The notes beneath the pieces are model-generated. The model saw only the letters and a list, made by a program, of their open reading frames with translations, searched no databases and was not told the DNA's origin. DNA of 64,000 nucleotides from Longimicrobiales bacterium (lineage in GTDB: Bacteria > Gemmatimonadota > Gemmatimonadetes > Longimicrobiales > RSA9): contig DASUXU010000014.1 of NCBI GenBank assembly GCA_036377735.1, positions 6,410 through 70,409 on the forward strand. The letters run 5' to 3'. Made by a program: the position numbers and the translations under genes. Below, piece after piece: positions 24,150 to 32,786 of this stretch (positions are counted from its first letter, which is position 1; every line of letters starts with the position of its first letter).

Positions 24150-25055
24150 CTACTGCGGCCCGTCTGCGTCGACCTGCTCCGCCTCGTGCGCGAGGTAGCC
24201 GGCGAGCACTCCAGCCAGCAGTGTGTCGACCGGGCGATGGTCCGCGTCGAGCACGATCAGACCGGGGAAGCCTTCGCTTCGCAGGCGGGACGCCATGGCG
24301 TCCAGCCGGTACGCGAGCTCTTCCGCAATCTCACCCTGTACCGCCTCCGCGTGCTCCAGGCCCTTTGGCAGACGTTTCGCGTGCGGCGGGATGATGAACG
24401 CATCCAGCGGGAAGCTTGCATCTTCGCCGGCTGATTCCGCGATCTCGTCGGGGATCATTACGCCTTCGTCGTCGAGACGCGGCGCCGGTGTGAACGCGAC
24501 CTCCTCCGCGGCCTTCTCGTCACCCCATGCCGGGACCGCCTCGCCACCCTCTCCCTCGAGCGACCCTTCCCACGCCTCGAGCGCGCGCCCATCACCGGTT
24601 CGATCCGGCTCGACGACAGCAGGCTCAGCATCATCGACAGGAGGTTCCTCGCGCGATGCGGTCTCGTCCGCTGCGGCCTGCATCGCAGCCGCCTGGGCCG
24701 CTTCGAGCAGCGTGTATTCCTCCCACGGCATCAGCTCGCTGTACGACGGCGGCTCCGGTATCGCTACCGGCTCCGCAGGCAGTGCCGGCGTAACCTCGAT
24801 CTCCGCGGGCTCTGAGTCGAACATGCGCACGACAGGCTCCGGCTCGAGCGCGTGAGACGGGCGCGGCTCGTGGCTTGGTCTGGCTGAGAGGGAGGGTGCG
24901 GGGTTGATCCGGGGCTGGGTGGCTTCGGCGCCGGGAAGGTAGGGCGGAGCGAGTGAAGACGACGAATCATCGAGCCTGGATTCCGGAGATCTCCAGCGCG
25001 TCGTGACCGGTGGGAGCGGCGCGTGGGGATTCGCGCTTTCCGTCTCACCCTGCAT
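24150..25055 (-). CDS. Hypothetical acidic Pro/Glu/Ala-rich protein with a structured C-terminal domain of about 90 aa
   Basis: This is a long ORF co-directional with dedA. Third-position GC is high, especially in the 3' half. I recognise no family motif. The true start may be an internal ATG. Confidence 0.45.
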   Translation of the reverse strand: MQGETESANPHAPLPPVTTRWRSPESRLDDSSSSLAPPYLPGAEATQPRINPAPSLSARPSHEPRPSHALEPEPVVRMFDSEPAEIEVTPALPAEPVAIPEPPSYSELMPWEEYTLLEAAQAAAMQAAADETASREEPPVDDAEPAVVEPDRTGDGRALEAWEGSLEGEGGEAVPAWGDEKAAEEVAFTPAPRLDDEGVMIPDEIAESAGEDASFPLDAFIIPPHAKRLPKGLEHAEAVQGEIAEELAYRLDAMASRLRSEGFPGLIVLDADHRPVDTLLAGVLAGYLAHEAEQVDADGPQ

Positions 25056-25129
25056 TCGTTCGGCCGTCTCCGTCCAGGCGTCGTCGTGAGTTGCGCTAAG
25101 ATACGCGCAAGACTCGCCTCAGGCCAGAC

Positions 25130-25774
25130 TTACGATTCTTCCGGCGCTCGTCCGCGGTGGCGGATGTATTCCACGATCGGCGGCAGGATCGACAATCCGA
25201 TGATCACCATGATCACGATCGTGAAGTTGTTCTCGACCGCAGGGATGCGTCCGAAGAAGTATCCGGCGAAGAGAAGCAGGCCGACCCAGAGCACGCCGCC
25301 GACCACATTGAACATCAGGAATCGCGGGTAGTCCATGGCACCGACGCCCGCCACGAAAGGTGCGAACGTGCGGATGATCGGCATGAAGCGCGCGATGATG
25401 ATCGTCTTCCCGCCGTGCTTCTCGTAGAACGCATGCGTCCGCTCGAGGTGCTTGAGCTTGATGCCCGGGATCGACGTGGCGTTGCTGCCCACGCGCTTGC
25501 CGATCAGGTAGTTCACGCTGTCACCGACGATGGCTGCCGCGCACAGCAGGACGAACAGCAGCAGGACGTTGAAGCTCCCCTTCGCTGCGAACGCGCCTGC
25601 TGCGAACAACAGCGAGTCGCCGGGCAGGAACGGCATGATGACCAGCCCCGTCTCGACGAAGATGATCAGCGCCAGGATGCCATACGACCAGGCGCCGTAC
25701 TGGCGGATGATGCCATCCAGGTGGACGTCGATGTGCATTATGAACGAGACGACCTCTTTGATCCAGTCGATCAT
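25130..25774 (-). CDS. dedA: DedA family (VTT domain) membrane protein
   Basis: ETGLVIMPFLPGDSLLFAAG is the DedA core motif. The protein has multiple TM helices and is 214 aa. Confidence 0.85.
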   Translation of the reverse strand: MIDWIKEVVSFIMHIDVHLDGIIRQYGAWSYGILALIIFVETGLVIMPFLPGDSLLFAAGAFAAKGSFNVLLLFVLLCAAAIVGDSVNYLIGKRVGSNATSIPGIKLKHLERTHAFYEKHGGKTIIIARFMPIIRTFAPFVAGVGAMDYPRFLMFNVVGGVLWVGLLLFAGYFFGRIPAVENNFTIVIMVIIGLSILPPIVEYIRHRGRAPEES

Positions 25775-25775
25775 G

Positions 25776-26438
25776 CTATGTTGCCCAGCCGAAGCGGCCG
25801 ATGAGAGGAACGAACGTCACGTTTGCGACGTCCTCGGTTTCAACACCGCCGGGTGTCTTCCGCACGAGCTTGAGCTTCTGCTCCGTCCGGTCACCGACAG
25901 GAATCAGCATGCGGCCGCCCGGTGCGAGCTGCTCCACCAGCGCGTCCGGAACCCCCGGCGCTGCCGCCGCTACCAGAATGGCGTCGAACGGCGCGTACTT
26001 CGACCAGCCGATCGTGCCGTCGCCCGTAAGCAGTGCGACGTTGGAGATGCGGAGCGAGTCGATGATGGTGCGGGCGCGCGTGGACAGCTCGCGGATCCGC
26101 TCGACGGAGTAGACGTGTCCCGCGAGCGACGCCAGCACCGCCGTTTGAAAGCCGGTCCCGGTTCCGACCTCCAGCACCTTGTCAGTCGGCTGGAGATCGA
26201 GCAGCTGCATGTAGAGCGCCTGCAGCGACGGCTGCGACGCCGTCTGCCCGAACCCGATCGGGATCGGAGCATCCTCGTACGCCCGGTGCTGCGCCGCCTC
26301 CGGCAGGAAGATGTGACGGGGGACCATGTCGAACGCGCGGAGCACCGCGAGATCGTGAATCCCGCGGTCTCCAATGGTCTCGATCAGCTGACGCCGCGCG
26401 CGCTCGTAGCGGCGGTCGTTCAGAGCGTCAGACTCCAA
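25776..26438 (-). CDS. pcm: Protein-L-isoaspartate O-methyltransferase
   Basis: The SAM motif is VLEVGTGTGFQTAVLA. The N-terminal helix RRQLIETIGDRGIHDLAVLRAF..VPRHIFLPEA aligns with the Pcm family. Retaining that helix requires a non-ATG start (TTG at 26438) that overlaps the surE 3' end. I rejected the long Arg-rich extension in the track ORF. Confidence 0.82.
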   Translation of the reverse strand: MESDALNDRRYERARRQLIETIGDRGIHDLAVLRAFDMVPRHIFLPEAAQHRAYEDAPIPIGFGQTASQPSLQALYMQLLDLQPTDKVLEVGTGTGFQTAVLASLAGHVYSVERIRELSTRARTIIDSLRISNVALLTGDGTIGWSKYAPFDAILVAAAAPGVPDALVEQLAPGGRMLIPVGDRTEQKLKLVRKTPGGVETEDVANVTFVPLIGRFGWAT

Positions 26439-27169
26439 CGCCCGATCTCCTCCAGCAGCTTGTAATTGGTGAGGTCCAGGTGCAGCGGCGTGACGGAGAT
26501 ATAGCCGTCGTGCACCGCGCGAAAGTCGGACTCTTCCCCGCCCCACCACTTGCTCTCGCCGCCGCCGATCCAGAAGTACTCCCGCCCGTTCGGGTCGAGT
26601 GCGCGCGTCAGTGAGCCGACGTATGCGCGTCGCCCCAGCGTCGTCACGCGCACACCCTTGAGGTCCGCGGGATCGATCGGCGGGATGTTCACGTTGAGCA
26701 GTGTCTCCGACGGATAGCTCTCCCGGGCGAGCAGCTGCGCCAGCAGCTCCGAGAGCCGTTCGGACCACTCAGGGATCCTCGCCGCGTCACGGCCTGCGTA
26801 CGAAAAAGCAATGGCGGGGATCCCGAGCATGGTGGCCTCCATCGCGGCCGACACCGTGCCGGAATACAGCACGTCGTCGCCCATGTTGGCGCCGTGGTTC
26901 ACGCCGGACAGCACGAAGTCCGGCTTCTCCTCGAGCAGCTCGCCGAGACCCAGCATCACGCAGTCGGTCGGCGTGCCGTCGACGATCTGCGTTCCGTCCG
27001 GTGCGGTCCGCACGCGCAGCGGGTGGTGCAGCGTCAGTGAATGGCTGGTAGCACTCTGCTCGCGGTCCGGCGCCACGACGTGCACCGTGCCCAGCGCGCG
27101 CGCCGCGTCCGCCAGGGTATGGATGCCGGTCGCCGCGAAGCCGTCATCATTGGTGACGAGGATCCGCAT
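26420..27169 (-). CDS. surE: 5'/3'-nucleotidase SurE
   Basis: MRILVTNDDGFAATGI is the SurE signature. The protein is 249 aa. Confidence 0.9.
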   Translation of the reverse strand: MRILVTNDDGFAATGIHTLADAARALGTVHVVAPDREQSATSHSLTLHHPLRVRTAPDGTQIVDGTPTDCVMLGLGELLEEKPDFVLSGVNHGANMGDDVLYSGTVSAAMEATMLGIPAIAFSYAGRDAARIPEWSERLSELLAQLLARESYPSETLLNVNIPPIDPADLKGVRVTTLGRRAYVGSLTRALDPNGREYFWIGGGESKWWGGEESDFRAVHDGYISVTPLHLDLTNYKLLEEIGRWSLTL

Positions 27170-27807
27170 CAGTTCGCGGATCCCGACAACGCGCGCCGGA
27201 GCTCGGCAACATCCTGCCTCAGCATGTCGATCAGCTCACGGTCCAGCGCGGCGTTCGCCGTGGCGGGCAGCGAGCCGCCCTTCCGCAGCTGGTCCAGCCG
27301 CGCCTTCGCGCCCTCGATCGTATACTTGTCTTCGTACAGCAGCTGCTTCACCAGCAGGATGAGACGGATTTCCTTGCGCTGGTATGCACGGTTGCCGGAG
27401 CGGTTCTTGGACGGGTTCAGCACCGGGAACTGTGCTTCCCAGTACCGCAGCACATGCGCCGGAAGTCCGACCAGCTCGGACACCTCGCCGATCGAGTAAT
27501 ACTCCTTCCGTGCGATCCTCGCCCGCGGCTGAGACCGGTCGCGGGAGGCGAATGGCGCGCCAATCTCATCGTTTGCAGCCAGGTCAACCGCCGTTGGCGC
27601 CATTGAAAGCGACGCTGGCCTCGCCTGCGACGCCGGCTTGGCAGCTGCATCCTGCCCTGCATTCGGATCCTGCTTCGCGGCGCTGTCCGGCGTCGCGGGC
27701 GGGTGATAGTCACCGGCCGGCGTATCATCGAACATGTCCTGCTCGCCCGTCGCGTCCTGGCGGGCGTCGTCCTCCCAGGGGAAGATCGAAGGCTGGTTCA
27801 TTGCCAC
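27169..27807 (-). CDS. MerR family transcriptional regulator with long low-complexity N-terminus
   Basis: The HTH region is YYSIGEVSELVGLPAHVLRYWEAQF...RAYQRKEI. Confidence 0.8.
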   Translation of the reverse strand: MAMNQPSIFPWEDDARQDATGEQDMFDDTPAGDYHPPATPDSAAKQDPNAGQDAAAKPASQARPASLSMAPTAVDLAANDEIGAPFASRDRSQPRARIARKEYYSIGEVSELVGLPAHVLRYWEAQFPVLNPSKNRSGNRAYQRKEIRLILLVKQLLYEDKYTIEGAKARLDQLRKGGSLPATANAALDRELIDMLRQDVAELRRALSGSAN

Positions 27808-28808
27808 AGCTCCGGCTTCGGCTCTCTCAACATGAGGTTCTCCACCGCCTGGCGTGCGGTACGCGCCTCGAACAGGACGGCGTAGACCTCTTCCACGATC
27901 GGCATCTCGATCTCGCTTCGCTGCGCCAGCATGTACGCCGCGCGCGCAGTCTGCACACCCTCCGCCACCATCACCATCTCGCCCAGGATGTCCTCGATCG
28001 AGCGACCCTTGCCGAGCTCCACACCAACATGACGGTTGCGGCTCAGGTCACCCGTACATGTGAGTATCAGGTCACCCATCCCGGACAGACCCGCGAGTGT
28101 AAGCGGATTCGCTCCCATCTTCATGCCGAGACGCGAGATCTCCGCGAGCCCGCGCGTGATCAGCGCCGCGGTGGCGTTATGGCCGAGACCGAGGCCCACA
28201 CCCATACCGGACGCGATCGCAATCACGTTCTTGAGTGAACCACCGAGCTCGATACCGATGACATCGTCGCTCGTGTAGACACGGAAGTAGGAGTCCTGGA
28301 AGAGCTGTTGTGCACGCTCCACGGCGGCTGGCACACGACCGGCGATCGTGACCGCCGTGGGCAGCTCGCGCGCAACCTCCAGCGCGAAGCTCGGCCCTGA
28401 CAGATAGCAGGAGCTCGCGCCGACACCTTTCGGCAGCACCTCCGCCAGCACGTGCGCCATCGTTTTCAGCGTACCGGTCTCGATCCCCTTCGACGCACTC
28501 ACGACCAGCGCGTCCGGGCCGATGAACTCGCAGGCCTGCATCATCACGGAGCGGACGTGCTGCGCCGGGCTCACCGACAGGATCGCGTCCGCACCCCGCA
28601 CGACTTCCTCCAGCGAGGTGGAAGCGCTCAGCGTCGGCGCCAGCGTGATGCCCTTCATGTACTTCGTGTTCTCGTGCGACCCGTTGATCGTATCGGCGAC
28701 ATCCGCCTCGTACGACCACATCCTCACGGTGTGCCCTTTCTTCGCCAGCAGATTGGCCAGCGCCGTGCCCCAGCTGCCCGCGCCAACGACTCCGACGGTC
28801 TGCATCAT
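27798..28808 (-). CDS. gpsA: NAD(P)H-dependent glycerol-3-phosphate dehydrogenase
   Basis: The Rossmann motif is VGVVGAGSWGTALA. GpsA-typical motifs follow (..NTKYM.., GLSGMGDLILTC..SRN). Confidence 0.92.
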   Translation of the reverse strand: MMQTVGVVGAGSWGTALANLLAKKGHTVRMWSYEADVADTINGSHENTKYMKGITLAPTLSASTSLEEVVRGADAILSVSPAQHVRSVMMQACEFIGPDALVVSASKGIETGTLKTMAHVLAEVLPKGVGASSCYLSGPSFALEVARELPTAVTIAGRVPAAVERAQQLFQDSYFRVYTSDDVIGIELGGSLKNVIAIASGMGVGLGLGHNATAALITRGLAEISRLGMKMGANPLTLAGLSGMGDLILTCTGDLSRNRHVGVELGKGRSIEDILGEMVMVAEGVQTARAAYMLAQRSEIEMPIVEEVYAVLFEARTARQAVENLMLREPKPELWQ

Positions 28809-29407
28809 GGCGTGCGTGCCTTTCGTCCGAACCGGTGCTCCTCACCGCGCGCGAGACGACGCAGGTTCGCGCGGTGTGCGTAGATCACGAAGGCCGCGAG
28901 GCCGCACGCCAGCCAGAGGACGGGTCCGGTGCCTGTGAGCACATAGACCAGAACGGGCATCAGTGCGGCAGCGACGACCGATGCGAGTGAGACGTAGCCG
29001 GTCAGGAAGACCAGCGCGATCCACACGCACAACGCAATGAGGATAGGCTTCGGCGCGAGTGCCAGAAAGACCCCGGCGCTCGTGGCGACGCCCTTGCCGC
29101 CGCGCATGCCGACGTAGACGGACCAGACGTGACCGACGATCGCGGCCGCGCCATATGCGAGCGCCCATTCCCAGGCCGCACTGCCGTCCAGATCCGGGAA
29201 CAGGAAGACGGGCAGCCAGCCCTTCGCGATGTCGATGATGAAGATCGGGGTGGCGGCGCGCCATCCGAGTACGCGGTAGGCGTTCGTCGCGCCTAGATTG
29301 CCACTGCCGTGCTCGCGCAGATCGATACCGCGCACGGCCCGCGCCACGATGTAGCTGGTGGGGATCGCACCGATGAAATAGCTCGCCAGTACGAGCAGCC
29401 ACGTCAT
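28805..29407 (-). CDS. plsY: Glycerol-3-phosphate acyltransferase PlsY
   Basis: The sequence MTWLLVLASYFIGAIPTSYI..HGSGNLGATN carries PlsY motifs. The ATG at 29407 forms an ATGA overlap with the der stop. Confidence 0.9.
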   Translation of the reverse strand: MTWLLVLASYFIGAIPTSYIVARAVRGIDLREHGSGNLGATNAYRVLGWRAATPIFIIDIAKGWLPVFLFPDLDGSAAWEWALAYGAAAIVGHVWSVYVGMRGGKGVATSAGVFLALAPKPILIALCVWIALVFLTGYVSLASVVAAALMPVLVYVLTGTGPVLWLACGLAAFVIYAHRANLRRLARGEEHRFGRKARTP

Positions 29408-30744
29408 TGCGTGATCTCCGACTCCTTCTCGCGGCGGCCCTTCAGCCGCAGGCGCAGCGGCGTGCCCGCAAACTTCCACGCTGCGCGGAATCCGTTCTGC
29501 AGGTACCGCATGTAATGCTCGGGCACACCCTTGGGATGATTGACGAAAATGACGAACGTCGGCGGCGCGACTGCGGCCTGCGTGGCGTACATCATCTTGA
29601 CCGGCATGCCGCGGTAGTGCGGCGGGTGCGTACGCGCGATCAGCTCGCGCAGCACTTCATTCACCTCGCGCGTCGCCACGCGGCGGTCCCGCTGCTCGGC
29701 CACTTCCAGAATGGTCTCCAGCACCTTGTGCACGCGCTGGCCCGTGAGCGCGGACGCGAAGATCATCGGAACCCAGCGCAGGGACGGCACGCGCTCGTGC
29801 AGCTTCTTCTCGAACTCCGCCGCGGTGTTCGTCTCCTTCTCGACCAGGTCCCACTTGTTCACGATGATGATCAGCGAGCAGCCGGCTTTCCACGCCTTCC
29901 CTGCGATCCGCAGATCCTGCACATGCGTCTCCTCCGACCCGTCGACGAGCAGCAGGCAGATGTCAGCCCGCTCGATGGCGATCTCCGTGCGCAGCATGCT
30001 GTAATACTCGAGGCTCTCGTCGATCTTCGCCTGCCGCCGGAGACCGGCCGTGTCGACGAAGATCAGGTCGCGGCCGTGATAGCGCATCGGTGTGTCGATG
30101 CTGTCCCGCGTGGTGCCCGCCACATCGCTGACGACCATGCGGTCCTCGCCCAGGAGCCGGTTCACGAAGCTCGACTTGCCCACGTTCGGCTTGCCGATCA
30201 CCGCGATATGGAGACCCTGGTCTTCCTCATCCGAGTCGGCGGGGGGCAGCTTGCCGACAATCGCGTCGAGCAGGTCGCCCGAGCCGCGGCCCACCATCGA
30301 GCTGACGGGAAGCGGCTCGCCGAGACCCAGCTCCCAGAACTCGTGCTGTGCGGTCTCGTTCGGGATGCGGTCCAGCTTGTTGACGGCGAGGACGACGGGG
30401 AGGTTCGTGCGGCGCAGGAGCTCGGCAACACGATGGTCGGACGGATGCGGACCCGCCATGCCATCCACCATGAATACGATCACGTCGGCCTCCGCGAGCG
30501 CTGCAACGACCTGCGTCCGGATCGCATCCGCCATGAAGTTCTGCGTGTCCGGCTCCAGCCCGCCCGTGTCCACCAGATAGAACTGCCGTGCGTTCCACTC
30601 GGCGACCGCGAAGTTGCGGTCGCGCGTCACGCCCGGTGTGTCCTCCACGATCGCGCGGCGCTCGCCCAGAACCCGATTGAAGAACGTGGACTTCCCCACG
30701 TTCGGTCGCCCCACAACGGCGACCACCGGCCTGCCCCGCCTCAC
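29404..30744 (-). CDS. der: Ribosome-associated GTPase Der (EngA)
   Basis: It has two G domains (GRPNVGKST and GKPNVGKSS) plus a KH-like C-terminus. The GTG start forms a GTGA overlap with the upstream stop. Confidence 0.95.
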   Translation of the reverse strand: MRRGRPVVAVVGRPNVGKSTFFNRVLGERRAIVEDTPGVTRDRNFAVAEWNARQFYLVDTGGLEPDTQNFMADAIRTQVVAALAEADVIVFMVDGMAGPHPSDHRVAELLRRTNLPVVLAVNKLDRIPNETAQHEFWELGLGEPLPVSSMVGRGSGDLLDAIVGKLPPADSDEEDQGLHIAVIGKPNVGKSSFVNRLLGEDRMVVSDVAGTTRDSIDTPMRYHGRDLIFVDTAGLRRQAKIDESLEYYSMLRTEIAIERADICLLLVDGSEETHVQDLRIAGKAWKAGCSLIIIVNKWDLVEKETNTAAEFEKKLHERVPSLRWVPMIFASALTGQRVHKVLETILEVAEQRDRRVATREVNEVLRELIARTHPPHYRGMPVKMMYATQAAVAPPTFVIFVNHPKGVPEHYMRYLQNGFRAAWKFAGTPLRLRLKGRREKESEITQ

Positions 30745-32015
30745 AGCGAGCCCAGCGCGTCCACGAGGTCGAAGGCGGGCACGACAACCGCAGGCGCAAG
30801 AGCGGCGCGCACATCGTCCAGCGGGATGTCATCGATGAACCGCTCGTCGTCATTCAGCGCTTCCGCTGATATGAGAACCGCGTCATAAGACTGCCCTGAG
30901 AGCGCTGCGAGCATCGATGCGGCGGGCATCAGGCCCGCCGTATTCACCGTCGGTCCGAACATCCCGTTCTCTACGCCGATCACCGTCGCGGCAGCACCGC
31001 GCGCGGCGTTGTAACGCTCGATCAGCGGTGTGAACACGGGCGCCATCCGGGTCCCGGTCACAACCGCGATGCGGCGGCCCGGAGCATCCGGCAGCGCTTC
31101 GATACCTGCGTCGAACTCGTCCAGAATGCGCCGCACCGCGCCAACGCCATTCTCGGTGAGCGGCCAGTCGTCGTAATACGACGCGGGCGGCATCTCGTGG
31201 CCGGCAATGAAGAACATCTCGTCGCCGACGTAGGCCCAGCCCGTGCCACGCTCCGCGAACGAGCGTTCGCGCGCACCGTTCACCAGCCGGATCGCATCCG
31301 CGGCCTCGGCCGGCGTCAGCAGCCGGATCGGCCTGTTGAGGTTGTACTGCGTTAGACCGACGGGCACCACGGAAAGCGAGAGCACGCGCTCGCCCAGCGA
31401 CCACAGATCGTCCAGCGTGCGCTGCAGCGCCGCGCCGTCGTTCCACTCCGGGCACAGCACGATCTGCGTGTGGACCTCGAGGCCCGCGTCCGTCAGGGCG
31501 CGGAGCTGTCCCACGATGTCGCCGCCGCGCGGGACGCCCAGAAGCCGCTCACGCAGCTCAGGCTCCGTCGCATGAACACTGACATACAGCGGGGAAAGCC
31601 GCTGCTCGATCAGACGCTCGAACCCCTTCGGACCGAGGTTCGTCAACGTGACGTAGCTGCCGTACGTGAACGAAAGGCGGAAGTCGTCATCCTTGAGGTG
31701 CAGCGACTTGCGCGCGCCCTCAGGATTACCGTCGATGAAGCAGAAGACACATTTGTTGGCGCACTGCCGGACCTGGTCGGCGGCCGGGATGATGCCCAGG
31801 CCTTCGCCCTCATCCTTTTCGATCTCGTACAGTGTGCGGTTGCTGCCGCAGCCGTCCGTGACCTCGACTTCCAGCGTGCCGTCTGCCTCGAGGAAGCGCA
31901 GGTCCAGCGTGTCCCGGACTACCTCGCCGTTGATGCGCACGATCCTGCTCCCGATCTCCAGCTGGAGCTCGTCGGCGATCGTGCCCGGCAGTATGTCCGC
32001 GATCCGAACCATCAC
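30741..32015 (-). CDS. DUF512 protein (PDZ domain plus radical-SAM-like CxxxCxxC core)
   Basis: The N-terminus is PDZ-like. The motif is CANKCVFCF. Its position immediately upstream of der is the usual one for this family. Confidence 0.8.
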   Translation of the reverse strand: MMVRIADILPGTIADELQLEIGSRIVRINGEVVRDTLDLRFLEADGTLEVEVTDGCGSNRTLYEIEKDEGEGLGIIPAADQVRQCANKCVFCFIDGNPEGARKSLHLKDDDFRLSFTYGSYVTLTNLGPKGFERLIEQRLSPLYVSVHATEPELRERLLGVPRGGDIVGQLRALTDAGLEVHTQIVLCPEWNDGAALQRTLDDLWSLGERVLSLSVVPVGLTQYNLNRPIRLLTPAEAADAIRLVNGARERSFAERGTGWAYVGDEMFFIAGHEMPPASYYDDWPLTENGVGAVRRILDEFDAGIEALPDAPGRRIAVVTGTRMAPVFTPLIERYNAARGAAATVIGVENGMFGPTVNTAGLMPAASMLAALSGQSYDAVLISAEALNDDERFIDDIPLDDVRAALAPAVVVPAFDLVDALGSL

Positions 32016-32106
32016 AATCCTCGAGGTATGCAGGCCGGGCCCGGCCCCGTGGCGGGACCGGCGTTCCGATTGCAGCCCTTGAATTTAGCAGGAGCGGGCG
32101 GGTCTC

Positions 32107-32649
32107 TCAAGCGAGAGAGGTGGGTAGAACGGCCTGGCACGAGGTGCACCGGTCCTGCCCCCGTTCGAACGGCTCGCCGCATTCCTCACAGGCGAAAGCC
32201 AGCTCGCCGTCGGGCGTCATGTGCCCTGCCACTATTTCCACTGCGTCCAGGTAGTCGAACGCGGGCACGAGTACGCGAACCGGGGCCAGATCCCCGACCT
32301 CGACACGGAATGTCTGGTCCTGCTGGGAGAGAACCTCAGCGTCGATCCCCTCGGCCCGGAGGTTATCACGGATGAGACCCGCCTCCACATCGTCGTTGTT
32401 CGTGTAGACCTGTGCCCAGCCCTCATAGAACGGGATGGAGCAGTGGTCTGCACACGCGTAGTAGCTGCCGTCGGCCTCGTTGCAGTCCCCGCACACGGCA
32501 ATGCCGCAGAAGACGCACTGTCCCTCAGCCTGCCGGTCCGGATGTGTCGCGCACGGGGCAGGCTCGCGCAGGTGACCACACGCAGGACAGCCCGCCTCGC
32601 CAGCATCGAACTGCTGCGCGCACCGCGCGCACTTCACAGTCTCACTCAT
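32107..32649 (-). CDS. Zinc-ribbon/B-box-like Cys-rich protein with DUF2007-like domain
   Basis: There are multiple CxxC pairs (CARC..CPAC; CVFCG..CGDC; CEEC..CTSC). The central segment VYTNNDDVEAGLIRDNLRAEGIDAEV resembles DUF2007. The ATG at 32649 is preferred over the track start at 32694. Confidence 0.6.
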   Translation of the reverse strand: MSETVKCARCAQQFDAGEAGCPACGHLREPAPCATHPDRQAEGQCVFCGIAVCGDCNEADGSYYACADHCSIPFYEGWAQVYTNNDDVEAGLIRDNLRAEGIDAEVLSQQDQTFRVEVGDLAPVRVLVPAFDYLDAVEIVAGHMTPDGELAFACEECGEPFERGQDRCTSCQAVLPTSLA

Positions 32650-32723
32650 TGCATCTTTCCGTTCGTTCGGGTTCCGTCCCGTCACGGGTTGCAAGATATG
32701 TGCTTCGCAGGCCGTGTACGTCT

Positions 32724-32761
32724 CAAAGAAAACGGGGGCGCGCCGAATGGCACGCCCCCGT
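32724..32761 (-). terminator. Rho-independent terminator after the TPR gene
   Basis: The minus strand reads ACGGGGGCG-tgccattcggcg-CGCCCCCGT followed by TTTCTTT. That is a 9-bp GC stem plus a T-tract, located 26 nt downstream of the stop at 32787. Confidence 0.7.
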
Positions 32762-32786
32762 CCTCACGGTCGATTCGAGCTTATGC

